Shown here piece after piece: positions 49,457 to 57,233 of a stretch of DNA of 57,233 nucleotides. Within the stretch, counting starts at the first letter, position 1, and each line of letters opens with the position of its first letter. The stretch is from assembly GCA_913051715.1 (NCBI GenBank), contig CAJXCG010000001.1, positions 1 through 57,233 of the forward strand, given 5' to 3'. The stretch is from an uncultured Rhodobiaceae bacterium (lineage in GTDB: Bacteria > Pseudomonadota > Alphaproteobacteria > RS24). The notes beneath the pieces were generated by a model that was not told where the DNA came from, searched no databases, and was given only the letters and a program-made list of their open reading frames with translations. The position numbers and the translations under genes are program-made.

Positions 49457-50350
49457 ATGGATTTGGTTGAAGCCAATGATGTGATGCTGGCCTATGAGGT
49501 TTTCGAGGCGCGCACCCCGCGCCGCGCGCCGCCGTTGGTTTTGATGCGCGGGCTGGGCACCCAGATGATCCAGTGGCATGCGGGGCTGATCGAAAGTTTT
49601 ACCGCGCAAGGTATGGATGTGGTGATATTCGACAACCGCGATGTCGGGCGCTCGACAAAACTGGACGCCGCCGGTATTCCTGATTTTTCCGCGTTGGGCG
49701 CGGCCGCTGCGGCGGGCACCATGTTTCCTGTGCCGTATACGCTGGACGATATGGCGCGCGATGTGGTTGGCCTGATGGACGGGTTGGACATTGCCGAGGC
49801 AAATTTTCTCGGCATTTCAATGGGCGGCATGGTGGCCCAGCATCTCGGCTTTTCGTACCCTGCGCGCTTCGCGCATATTGTGTGTGTCATGTCGAGTTCG
49901 GGCGGGCCAGACGTGCCTCAACCCGACAGCAGCAATTTGCAAATGCCCGATATCGACGACCGCGCGGCGCTGGTGGATTATCTTGTCGCCTCGCTGAAGC
50001 AATATATGGGGCCGGGCTTTCCCTGGCGCGAGGCTGATTGTCTGCACATGGCCGAACGCATCGCTGATCGCGGCTATTATCCGCCGGGCATTGCGCGCCA
50101 ATATGCCGCGATTATGGCTGACGGATCGCGTGTTGGGCGGCTGCAAAATATTGCGCTGCCATTTTTCGTCATTCATGGCGACCATGACACATTGCTGCCG
50201 CCCGCATGCGGCGAAGATATCGTCCGTCATGTGCCGGGCGCTCAATGGCTGCTTGTCAACGGCATGGGCCATGATATGGGCCCCGGCATTGAGGCGGTTA
50301 TCACGCCGAACTTGTGCAGGTTTTTCGGGCTCGATGGCGTATCGGCGTGA
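49457..50350 (+). CDS. alpha/beta-fold hydrolase
   Basis: 297-aa ORF with nucleophile elbow GISMGG and C-terminal HGDHD...GMGHD. The ATG at 49457 lies inside the longer track ORF. Confidence 0.7.
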   Translation: MDLVEANDVMLAYEVFEARTPRRAPPLVLMRGLGTQMIQWHAGLIESFTAQGMDVVIFDNRDVGRSTKLDAAGIPDFSALGAAAAAGTMFPVPYTLDDMARDVVGLMDGLDIAEANFLGISMGGMVAQHLGFSYPARFAHIVCVMSSSGGPDVPQPDSSNLQMPDIDDRAALVDYLVASLKQYMGPGFPWREADCLHMAERIADRGYYPPGIARQYAAIMADGSRVGRLQNIALPFFVIHGDHDTLLPPACGEDIVRHVPGAQWLLVNGMGHDMGPGIEAVITPNLCRFFGLDGVSA

Positions 50351-50758
50351 TTATTGCGACGCCTGCTTCATATATTCGATGACATTATGGCGGTCTTTTT
50401 CTTTTCGCAGACCAGCAAATGACATGCGCGTGCCCTTCACGGCCTTGCGCGGATTGGCCAAATAAGCATCCAGCACAGCCTCTGACCAGACCGGCTCTTG
50501 TTCGGCATAGGCTTTCATGGCCTTGGAATATTTATAGTCTTCCAGCACGGCAATTTCGCGCCCGATAATATTGTTGAGCTGCGGGCCAACGCGGTTTTTT
50601 GCCTTGGCTCCGATCATGTGACACGACACGCATTTTTTGAAAACTTTTGCGCCCTTGGCGGCATCACCCGCCGGATAGGGGTTGGCGTGTGCCGGGCCGA
50701 CCAGCACGCTGGCGAAAACGCCCAAAGAGGCGAGCAGGGAAATTGCATTGTGGTTCAT
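50351..50758 (-). CDS. class I c-type cytochrome (c2-like), secreted
   Basis: 135-aa ORF with a signal peptide, the haem motif CVSCH and a distal Met region (GTRMSFAG). Confidence 0.8.
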   Translation of the reverse strand: MNHNAISLLASLGVFASVLVGPAHANPYPAGDAAKGAKVFKKCVSCHMIGAKAKNRVGPQLNNIIGREIAVLEDYKYSKAMKAYAEQEPVWSEAVLDAYLANPRKAVKGTRMSFAGLRKEKDRHNVIEYMKQASQ

Positions 50759-50857
50759 GATATTCTCTGTGATTGCAGGGTGTTTGCGTAGATGCTCAAG
50801 ATGTAGGGGGTTCGGGCGCTGCCGCCAAGCCCCTGCGCCGCCGCAATCTGTCGCAGT

Positions 50858-51490
50858 CTAGGGCACCAGCCAGCGGTGCTCGGCGTCCGGCGATGTAAAG
50901 TCAAACAGCGCCCGCCGGTGGCCGCGCGCGGCAAGATACAGCCACTCGATCTCGCGCACATGAGCGACGACCGGTGCGAAATGATCGGCGCCGTCACGGG
51001 TCGCCCGGGCATCGAACACGACGCTGGCGGGGTCGGGCAGAACCGATCCGGGGGCTTGGGTGACCTGATAACATTCGCGGCTCATCGGCCGGGTGTTTTC
51101 CCAAGCTGTGTCATAGGCCGCGCCCGTGAGTACCTCAAGGCGCGTGCGCACCCGCAACTGAATTTTCGCGCCCGGGTCGTAAAAATGCAGCGCCGCATGC
51201 GGTTGTTGTTGCATATCGACGATTTTGCCCGAGCGCGTGTCGGTGTGAAAGCGCAGTGCCAGCTTTTGCGTGTCGCAACCGCGCAGCACTACTGTTCTGA
51301 TTTCGGGCAATCCCGCCGGGGTGACGGTGGCCAGGCCGGGTGTATGAAACGGGCTGCGGCGGTCTTTCACGCCGCGCGCCAATAGTGCCCAAGCATGCGC
51401 GCAGCTGCCCTCAAGGTCGTCATAGCAGCCAAGCAGTGGCGCGGCGTTTTCGCGCGCCGGCTTTTGCGGGTTTTTCGATGGTTCGCTCAT
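50858..51490 (-). CDS. pyridoxamine 5'-phosphate oxidase-like FMN-binding family protein
   Basis: 210-aa ORF. RSPFHTPGLATV...RTVVLR and later RF-HTD patterns resemble the PNPOx-like split-barrel family. Confidence 0.6.
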   Translation of the reverse strand: MSEPSKNPQKPARENAAPLLGCYDDLEGSCAHAWALLARGVKDRRSPFHTPGLATVTPAGLPEIRTVVLRGCDTQKLALRFHTDTRSGKIVDMQQQPHAALHFYDPGAKIQLRVRTRLEVLTGAAYDTAWENTRPMSRECYQVTQAPGSVLPDPASVVFDARATRDGADHFAPVVAHVREIEWLYLAARGHRRALFDFTSPDAEHRWLVP

Positions 51491-51542
51491 AACTTGTTAT
51501 ATAGGTGCGGGCCGGCCGGTTTCTAGCCGTTCTGACTTCGGC

Positions 51543-51619
51543 TGGTGATCCCGGGTGGATTCGAACCACCGACCCTCAGATTAGGAATCTGATGCTCTAT
51601 CCGGCTGAGCTACGGGACC
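51543..51619 (-). tRNA. tRNA-Arg (anticodon CCU), 77 nt, encoded CCA
   Basis: The reverse complement reads GGTCCCGTAGCTCAGCCGGATAGAGC-A-TCAGA-TTCCTAA-TCTGA-GGGTC-GGTGG-TTCGAAT-CCACC-CGGGATC-A-CCA. All four stems pair. Confidence 0.9.
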
Positions 51620-51670
51620 ATGATTTGAACCTATTCAATGGCCCGCGAAAATCAAGTGTTTTGGGCACCG

Positions 51671-52081
51671 CTAGGGGCGCTGCATCAGTTCGACCAGCAC
51701 GCCGCCCATATCTTTCGGGTGAACAAAGATTATCGGCGTGCCATGCGCGCCAATACGCGGTTCGCCCGTGCCCAGCACACGCGCGCCTTTGGCGACCATG
51801 TCATCGCGCGCGGTGATAATGTCGTCAACCTCGAAACAAATATGGTGCTGGCCGCCCGCCGGGTTCTGCTTCAAAAACCCCGCAACCGGGCTTTTGTCGT
51901 CTATCGGCTCAATCAATTCGATCTGGCTGTTCGGCAAATCGACGAAACATACCCACACGCCCTGTTCTTCCATGGCAAATTTATCGTGTATTTTTACCGC
52001 CCCCAGCATGTCGCGGTACAGCGCGACGCTTTGCTCGATTGAGGGGGTGGCGACGCCAACATGGTTTAACCGTCCGATCAT
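51671..52081 (-). CDS. mce: methylmalonyl-CoA epimerase (VOC/glyoxalase fold)
   Basis: 136-aa ORF starting MIGRLNHVGVATPSIE, with HHICFEVDDI and HPKDMGGVLVEL motifs typical of the epimerase. Confidence 0.85.
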   Translation of the reverse strand: MIGRLNHVGVATPSIEQSVALYRDMLGAVKIHDKFAMEEQGVWVCFVDLPNSQIELIEPIDDKSPVAGFLKQNPAGGQHHICFEVDDIITARDDMVAKGARVLGTGEPRIGAHGTPIIFVHPKDMGGVLVELMQRP

Positions 52082-52171
52082 ATTGTGAGCCCTTCCTGCT
52101 TTATAGACTGCAAGCGACTATGATATCGTGTCGATGGTAAAACAACCAGATATCTGAAAGGGTTCAAACCA

Positions 52172-53617
52172 ATGCTTCCGGTCTATAAGCGTATTTTTTT
52201 GCCGCTTGCCTTCGCCGCCGGTCTGCTGGGGGGCTGCGGGCCAAACGCCACGCTGATGAGCGAAGCCGATGAAGCACGGATCGGTGCCGAAGAACACACG
52301 AAAATCGTCAAAGCCTATGGCGGTGCCTATGGCGACGAGCGCGTCAATGATTATGTCGAACAGATCATGGAAAAGATCGCGCGGGCTTCCGACAGGCCCG
52401 ACCTGCGATATCAAATCACGGTTTTGAACTCGCCTGTGGTCAATGCTTTTGCCCTGCCCGGCGGCTATACCTATGTCACGCGCGGGCTGCTGGCACTTGC
52501 AAATTCGGAAGCCGAACTTGCTGGCGTTATCGGCCATGAAATCGCCCATGTGACGGCGCGCCATGGCGCGCGACGCCATACCACGGCGGTTGGCGCGTCG
52601 ATCCTTGCCAACGTGCTGGGGGCTGTGCTGACCAGCAGCGCCGGGCTGGATCCGAATGTTGCGGGCGAACTGATAAATTTTGGCGGGTCGGCTGTTTTGG
52701 CCGGATATAGTCGCTCACAAGAATATGAAGCCGATGATATTGGCGTTCGGGTGCTGGGTCGGGCTGGCTATCCGCCGCTGGCGCAAGCCGAGTTTCTCGC
52801 GGCGCTGGATGGGTATTCGCGCTATATGAGCGCCGGACGCGCCGGCACGCCGGCATGGCTTTCCACCCATCCCTCTACGGATGAGCGCGTGGCGCGGGCG
52901 CGCAAACAGGCCGCAGCTTTTGTGCCGGATACGCCGACAAGCGGCGGGGCGGCAGACGGGCGCGCGCGGCATTTGCAAATTATTGACGGGCTTCCCTTTG
53001 GCGATGACATCAAACAGGGTCTCATTCGCGGCCAACGCTTCGTGCATCCCGATTTGCGGTTTGCGTTTAGTGTGCCGAAAAAATTCACCCTCAAAAACGC
53101 CCCCGACCGTGTTACCGCAACGCATAAAAATGGCATGGAGATGTTGTTCGACCTTGCCGGACGCAAAGAAGCCCAACGCCCGGTCGACTATATCCGCGAT
53201 GATTGGGCGCCGCGCGGCAGCCGTGTTGAGGTGACGCCGCTGACGGTGGACGGGCGCCCCGCCGCGCTGGGCAAATTGCGCCAGGGCGGAAAATATATCG
53301 AATTGCTGGTGGTCGAATATTCCCTCACACAAGTCATGCGCTTTGCGCTGATCTCGCCGGGCAATTTGTCGGGCAATGCACAATCTGCCATGCAAACCAT
53401 CCGGCGCGGGGTGCAGCTTTTGAGCGCTGCCGAAGCCGCGCGCATCAAACCCGACACGATCCGGGTGATTACGGTGCAGCCCGATGACACGCTGGAAAGC
53501 CTGTCGCGCCGCATGGCAACAGATGAGCGCCGCCAGGATTTGCTGCTGGCGCTGAATAATCTGCAAAAACCGGTGACGTTGACGCCGGGCACGCGGCTCA
53601 AGCTGGTGGTGAACTAA
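52172..53617 (+). CDS. M48-family zinc metalloprotease lipoprotein with C-terminal LysM domain
   Basis: Lipobox LLGGC, zinc motif HEIAHV, and a C-terminal LysM-like block ITVQPDDTLESLSRRM...LNNL...LTPGTRLKLV. Confidence 0.8.
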   Translation: MLPVYKRIFLPLAFAAGLLGGCGPNATLMSEADEARIGAEEHTKIVKAYGGAYGDERVNDYVEQIMEKIARASDRPDLRYQITVLNSPVVNAFALPGGYTYVTRGLLALANSEAELAGVIGHEIAHVTARHGARRHTTAVGASILANVLGAVLTSSAGLDPNVAGELINFGGSAVLAGYSRSQEYEADDIGVRVLGRAGYPPLAQAEFLAALDGYSRYMSAGRAGTPAWLSTHPSTDERVARARKQAAAFVPDTPTSGGAADGRARHLQIIDGLPFGDDIKQGLIRGQRFVHPDLRFAFSVPKKFTLKNAPDRVTATHKNGMEMLFDLAGRKEAQRPVDYIRDDWAPRGSRVEVTPLTVDGRPAALGKLRQGGKYIELLVVEYSLTQVMRFALISPGNLSGNAQSAMQTIRRGVQLLSAAEAARIKPDTIRVITVQPDDTLESLSRRMATDERRQDLLLALNNLQKPVTLTPGTRLKLVVN

Positions 53618-54507
53618 ATTAGTCCGGCGCGTCGCGGGTCGCCGCCCGTCTGCTCGATCAGCGCGCCTTTGAGTTTGCCGAGCGCTTCGTGCTCGATCTG
53701 GCGCACGCGTTCTTTCGAAATGCCAAGCGTTGCACCAAGGCTTTCCAGCGTCACGCTGGTATCGGTCAATCGCCGCGCCTTGATAATGGTCAGTTCACGC
53801 TCGCTCAGATGCATCATGGCATTGGCAATCCAGTTGACGCGCTGGTGACCGTCCAATTTGGAGCTTACCTCATCTTCCGGCAAAGCGCGGTCGCAAATCA
53901 GCAAATCTTGCCACTCGGTGGTGCCACCATCTTCGCTCGATTCCGAAATTGTGGCGTTGAGCGAGCGGTCATTGGCTTCCATGCGCCCTTCCATGTTTTC
54001 CACGTCTTCCATCCTTACGCCCAATTCGCGGGCGACATAGGTGCGGCTGTCATGGGTCATGGTCGCGCCGAAATCGTTAATTTTGGCGCGCAGGCGGCGC
54101 ATGTTGAAAAACAGAGACTTTTGCGCGGCTGTAGTACCGGTGCGGACAATCGACCAATTACGCAAAACATAGTCTTGGATCGACGAGCGGATCCACCAGC
54201 CCGCATAGGTCGAAAAACGCACTTCGCGATCCGGCTCAAAGCGGGCTGCGGCTTGCATCAGGCCAATATTGCCTTCCTGCACAAGATCGGCCATCGGCAG
54301 GCCATAATTGACGAATTTGCTGGCAATCGACACCACCAGCCGCAAATGTGCGCTGGTCAGTTCGTGCAGCGCGCTTTCGTCCTGATTATCTTTCCATTTA
54401 CGGGCAAGTAATTGCTCGTGCTCCAGTTCAAGCATTGGCAGTTTCATCGCCTGTTTGATGAAACGGCGGGTTGCTTGCTGTGTTTCGCGTGTGTCCAAAT
54501 GTGGCAT
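53614..54507 (-). CDS. rpoH: RNA polymerase sigma-32 (heat-shock) factor
   Basis: Region 2 (DLVQEGNIGLMQAAARFEP, YAGWWIR), the RpoH-box-like QKSLFFNMRRL, and region 4 (TLESLGATLGISKERVRQIE). The ATG at 54507 is preceded by AAGGAG. Confidence 0.9.
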   Translation of the reverse strand: MPHLDTRETQQATRRFIKQAMKLPMLELEHEQLLARKWKDNQDESALHELTSAHLRLVVSIASKFVNYGLPMADLVQEGNIGLMQAAARFEPDREVRFSTYAGWWIRSSIQDYVLRNWSIVRTGTTAAQKSLFFNMRRLRAKINDFGATMTHDSRTYVARELGVRMEDVENMEGRMEANDRSLNATISESSEDGGTTEWQDLLICDRALPEDEVSSKLDGHQRVNWIANAMMHLSERELTIIKARRLTDTSVTLESLGATLGISKERVRQIEHEALGKLKGALIEQTGGDPRRAGLI

Positions 54508-54580
54508 GCGTATCTCCTTATCCAAGATACGCAGACACAACCAAACTGGTTCACCTTAAAATAAGACTGGTAATTCGGCC

Positions 54581-55366
54581 TCAGGCCGCCTCGTTATTGT
54601 CGCTTTTGCGCCGCGCGCCGCCCGTTGTTTTGGCAAGCACCGCCTCGAGCGACAAAATTGCCTCGTCATCAGTGGTTTTATTGACGGTTGCCACCTCGCG
54701 CGCCATGCGCTCAAGGGCTGCTTCGTAAAGCTGACGCTCGGAATAAGACTGTTCGGGCTGATTTTCATTGCGGAACAAGTCGCGCACCACTTCGGCAATC
54801 GCGATCAGGTCGCCGGAATTGATTTTTGCCTCATATTCCTGCGCGCGGCGGCTCCACATGGTGCGCTTGATGCGCGCGCGCCCGCGCAAGGTTTTCATGG
54901 CACCTTCCATAACCTCGCTATCGGCCAGTTTTCGCATGCCCACCTGCTTGGCCTTTTCCAATGGCACACGCAGCACCATTTTTTCCTTTTCAAAATTCAC
55001 CACGAATAATTCAAGGTTCATGCCGGCAATTTCTTGGTCGGCAATGTCGATGATCTGGCCGACCCCATGAGCGGGATAGACGATAAACTCGTTAATTCTG
55101 AACCCGTTGGCCGATTTGCGCGGCTGTTTTGTGGCTGCCTTGGGCGCGGTTTTGGCGGCTGTTTTGGCAGCAGTTTTGGGCGCGGTTTTGGCGGCTGTTT
55201 TGGCAGCAGTTTTGGGAGCCGCTTTTACAGGTTTTTTAGCTGCCGCCTTGGGTGCCGGTTTTTTCGGGGCCGCTTTTGCTGCGGGTTTTTTCGGCGCGGT
55301 TTTGGCCGTCGTTCGACCTGCCGCCTTTGCCGAGGATTTGGTGGCCGTTTTGCGCGTCGTCGCCAT
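54581..55366 (-). CDS. carD: CarD/CdnL-family RNA-polymerase-binding regulator with an N-terminal Lys/Ala/Pro/Thr-rich histone-H1-like extension
   Basis: Residues ~88-261 form the CarD_CdnL_TRCF module (FRINEFIVYPAHGVGQI...) plus a C-terminal helical domain. Residues 1-87 are low-complexity AKKP/KTAA repeats. GGAG lies upstream of the ATG at 55366. There is no in-frame ATG before the CarD domain. Confidence 0.85.
   Translation of the reverse strand: MATTRKTATKSSAKAAGRTTAKTAPKKPAAKAAPKKPAPKAAAKKPVKAAPKTAAKTAAKTAPKTAAKTAAKTAPKAATKQPRKSANGFRINEFIVYPAHGVGQIIDIADQEIAGMNLELFVVNFEKEKMVLRVPLEKAKQVGMRKLADSEVMEGAMKTLRGRARIKRTMWSRRAQEYEAKINSGDLIAIAEVVRDLFRNENQPEQSYSERQLYEAALERMAREVATVNKTTDDEAILSLEAVLAKTTGGARRKSDNNEAA
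55142..55213. repeat. perfect 36-bp tandem duplication (2 copies) inside the carD N-terminal tail
   Basis: GGGCGCGGTTTTGGCGGCTGTTTTGGCAGCAGTTTT occurs at 55142-55177 and again at 55178-55213. It encodes KTAAKTAAKTAP twice on the minus strand. Confidence 0.85.
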
Positions 55367-55486
55367 ATTTACTTTGCTCCGTAAACGCTCGAACCCCGCG
55401 CGCTGCGCGGTGGTTTTGAACGCAAAAGACCATCGAAATTACGCCGAATCACCACCGTATTTCGAGGTTTTGATAAACATTACGTT

Positions 55487-55515
55487 GGTATAACAAAAAA
55501 TCCGTAAAAATTCAA
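55487..55515 (-). promoter_or_regulatory. candidate sigma70-type promoter for carD
   Basis: The minus strand reads TTGAAT (55515-55510), 17-nt spacer, TATACC (55492-55487), about 120 nt upstream of the carD ATG. Pattern match only. Confidence 0.25.
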
Positions 55516-55524
55516 TGTCGTGTC

Positions 55525-55551
55525 AAAATGCGCGCGCAAACGCCGCGCACG
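55525..55551 (-). terminator. possible intrinsic terminator after fdxA
   Basis: The minus strand reads UGCGCG-(9-nt loop)-CGCGCA followed by UUUU, starting about 7 nt after the fdxA stop. The stem is short (6 bp). Confidence 0.35.
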
Positions 55552-55557
55552 GCCTGA

Positions 55558-55896
55558 TCAGTCGCCTTCGCCGGGGGCTTCGGTAAAATGAGCCTCAAAT
55601 TTGCCCTCTTTATTGAGAAAATCGTCAGCATCGGCAGGTGCATCTTTTTTCATGGTGATGTTCGGCCAGATATCGGCAAATTTGGTGTTGATTTCCAACC
55701 ATTTTTCCAGGTTCGACTCCGTGTCCGCCTTGATGGCCTCGGCCGGGCACTCCGGTTCGCAAACCCCGCAATCGATACATTCATCCGGATGGATCACCAG
55801 CATGTTCTCGCCTTCGTAAAAGCAATCGACGGGGCACACCTCGACACAATCGGTGTATTTGCACTTGATGCAGGCGTCAGTCACAATATAGGTCAT
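55558..55896 (-). CDS. fdxA: 7Fe ferredoxin ([3Fe-4S][4Fe-4S], FdxA type)
   Basis: [29 protein letters not shown]...[13 protein letters not shown] is the canonical FdxA cysteine pattern. Confidence 0.95.
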   Translation of the reverse strand: MTYIVTDACIKCKYTDCVEVCPVDCFYEGENMLVIHPDECIDCGVCEPECPAEAIKADTESNLEKWLEINTKFADIWPNITMKKDAPADADDFLNKEGKFEAHFTEAPGEGD

Positions 55897-55913
55897 GCGA
55901 TCTCCGGAAAAAT

Positions 55914-56369
55914 CTAATGGGATGAGGGCGCTTCAGCGCGTTTGCGCGCGGCCCCGGCTTCGGTGTCGGTAACATGAATAAGCCCGGCCACGCGGCGGAT
56001 CAAATTGGCCTCATAATCATCAACCACGCCATCGGCCAGCACCACGCGCCAGAGCAATTCAACCAGCATAATCTTATGCTCGGGCGCAAAACTGGCGTTG
56101 ATTTGCTGGGTGAACTGGAACAAATCATTGGCCGCGTCAATCGCCGCGCCGGCTTGGTCCAGCAGGGCGGCGGCTTCTGCGTCGTCGAGGCCAAAATAAG
56201 GCCCGACAAGTCGTTGCAATAATTGCTGTTCGTGGATATCGACCTCGCCGTCAATTTGCGCCGCCCTGATCAGCAGCGCCGCCGCCGCCACATGCAGGCG
56301 ATCTGCCGGTGCCGGAGCTTCGGTTGGGGGCGTGTCATTGGCAATCAGTGTTTTCAATCGGTTTAGCAT
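55914..56369 (-). CDS. TerB-like (tellurite-resistance TerB family) protein
   Basis: 151-aa all-helical ORF with two internal repeats ending in ADG/IDG-x-VD..E ([16 protein letters not shown] and [16 protein letters not shown]), typical of the TerB fold. Confidence 0.6.
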   Translation of the reverse strand: MLNRLKTLIANDTPPTEAPAPADRLHVAAAALLIRAAQIDGEVDIHEQQLLQRLVGPYFGLDDAEAAALLDQAGAAIDAANDLFQFTQQINASFAPEHKIMLVELLWRVVLADGVVDDYEANLIRRVAGLIHVTDTEAGAARKRAEAPSSH

Positions 56370-56435
56370 GGCTAGTATCTAGCGCGACTTTCGCGCCAAC
56401 ACAATATGTCACATCCGCCTTGCGGCAAAAGGCCG

Positions 56436-56858
56436 TCAGCCCGGAAAACTTCCCTTATCGGTAAACGCGTCCTGGGCACGGCGGTCGCGTTTTGTCGGCC
56501 GCCCGCTGCCCGGGCTGCGCGCGGCCGGCTTTGCGCTGGTGGGTGTTTTGGGCCTGTCTGACGGGGGGTCATGGTCGTGATACAGCGTGCGCGCTTCAAC
56601 TGCCGGGCCGCGCCGCGCGCTCAAGGCGACAATTTCGATGACACGGACATGCCCGTGTAAGGCGAAAGTCAGCGTGTCGCCCACGCGAATACGCGCGCTG
56701 CTGCGGGTTTGGCGGGTGCCGTTCAGGCGGATATTGCCCGCCGCGGCATAGCTGCTGGCGCCGCTGCGGGTTTTGAAAAACCGCGCGTGCCACAGCCATT
56801 TATCGAGCCGCATCATCGCCCCGGCGTCGGTTTTGACACGATCGGAGTTGCGCGTCAT
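56436..56858 (-). CDS. S4-domain RNA-binding protein (Hsp15/HslR-like)
   Basis: MRLDKWLWHARFFKTRS...GNIRLNG is an S4 motif, followed by a basic C-terminal tail. The ATG at 56858 overlaps the upstream stop (ATGA). Confidence 0.8.
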   Translation of the reverse strand: MTRNSDRVKTDAGAMMRLDKWLWHARFFKTRSGASSYAAAGNIRLNGTRQTRSSARIRVGDTLTFALHGHVRVIEIVALSARRGPAVEARTLYHDHDPPSDRPKTPTSAKPAARSPGSGRPTKRDRRAQDAFTDKGSFPG

Positions 56859-57233
56859 TCGCTGCGTTCTTCGGGCTTTGTCGGGGGTTTGGGGTCGGAC
56901 AGGTCGAGATTACGCAAGGCCGCAAAAGGCGAATTGGGGTCAATCGTGGGCGCGGGCTTCTGCTGGCGCTTTTTTGCCAAACCTTGCCTTTTCGCATCCC
57001 CTGATTTTGCCGGCCGCGATGCGGTAGCTTGTTTGTTATTCGGCTTGTTATTGGGTTTTTTGCCGGCGCGCGCGGCGCGTTTTGCCCGCGACATGGGTTG
57101 CCAGTCCCAGTTTAGCGGGTTGTCAGCTTGGGGTTGTGAAGAGGCGGGCGTCTCAGATGCCGGTTCATTTGATGTGGGCTCATCTGATGTGGGCTCATCT
57201 GATGTGGGCTCATCTGATGCCAGTTTATCTGGT
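56855..57233 (-). CDS. 3' end of a larger gene running off the window (N-terminus missing); low-complexity basic/acidic C-terminal region
   Basis: The frame containing track ORF 56855..57094 stays open upstream to the window edge. My manual translation of that stretch is ...PDKLASDEPTSDEPTSDEPTSNEPASETPASSQPQADNPLNWDWQPMSRAKRAARAGKK... The family is not identifiable from this fragment. Confidence 0.55.
   Translation of the reverse strand, partial: PDKLASDEPTSDEPTSDEPTSNEPASETPASSQPQADNPLNWDWQPMSRAKRAARAGKKPNNKPNNKQATASRPAKSGDAKRQGLAKKRQQKPAPTIDPNSPFAALRNLDLSDPKPPTKPEERSE
57170..57214. repeat. 15-bp tandem repeat, 3 perfect copies plus degenerate flanking copies
   Basis: TGATGTGGGCTCATC occurs at 57170-57184, 57185-57199 and 57200-57214. 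Related units (AGATGCCGGTTCATT and TGATGCCAGTTTATC) flank it. It encodes SDEPT pentapeptides in the minus-strand ORF. Confidence 0.85.

Noticed and set aside
55107-55493. 128-aa plus-strand ORF with striking hydrophobic repeats (GAVLAAVLAAVLGAVLAAVL...) that looks like a multi-TM or repeat protein. A sister ORF lies at 55034-55384.
   Set aside because: It is the antisense image of the Lys/Ala/Pro/Thr repeat tail of carD. The carD frame continues directly into a recognisable CarD domain and has an SD-preceded ATG. The plus-strand ORFs have neither.
1-57233. Scan for CRISPR arrays, IS elements, REP-like dispersed repeats, toxin-antitoxin pairs, restriction-modification or other defence modules
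   Set aside because: I saw no regularly spaced repeats and no transposase, integrase or recombinase translations. No paired small ORFs with TA-like features were found. The only nuclease is the stand-alone HNH gene, which has no partner. The only tandem repeats are the two in-frame coding repeats reported above. The scan was visual, so short dispersed repeats could have been missed.

Overview
The window is a densely packed, moderately GC-rich core-genome segment. Gene content and local synteny suggest an alphaproteobacterium: fdxA-carD-rpoH, etfBA-hbd, tlpA-argH-lysA, metXW, malate synthase G, Coq7 and an NDUFA9-like protein. That taxon call is an inference, not a search result. I can support about 67 protein-coding genes, one of them a small lipoprotein missing from the ORF track, and 4 tRNAs: Leu-CAG, Ser-GGA, Leu-CAA and Arg-CCU. 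I can also support two short in-frame tandem repeats and a few weak promoter, terminator or hairpin candidates. Functions are almost all housekeeping. They cover translation (infC, rpmI, rplT, pheST, lepA, rpmF, gluQ, queG), amino-acid and folate biosynthesis (metXW, chorismate mutase-hisC-tyrC, lysA, argH, pabBAC), cell division (ftsEX), fatty-acid/ETF metabolism, ubiquinone biosynthesis and transcription (rpoH, carD). I saw no rRNA, CRISPR array, transposase, integrase, phage module, toxin-antitoxin pair or recognisable defence system. I cannot support any claim of a novel multi-gene system here. The items most worth a second look are modest:
- a CarD/CdnL regulator with an ~87-aa N-terminal histone-H1-like Lys/Ala/Pro tail containing a perfect 36-bp tandem duplication;
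- a eukaryote-type Coq4 homologue (HDxxH-x11-E motif) translationally coupled to an ArsC/Spx-family protein, 1.3 kb from coq7;
- a 35-aa LptM/YifL-like lipoprotein between argH and lysA;
- a TusA-MBL hydrolase pair;
- a tightly coupled gloB-cupin-pabBAC operon;
- a non-AUG infC start, with infC split from rpmI-rplT;
- a probable glycosyltransferase-9 gene remnant.
All protein calls rest on motif and family recognition by eye. No database search, HMM or covariance model was run.
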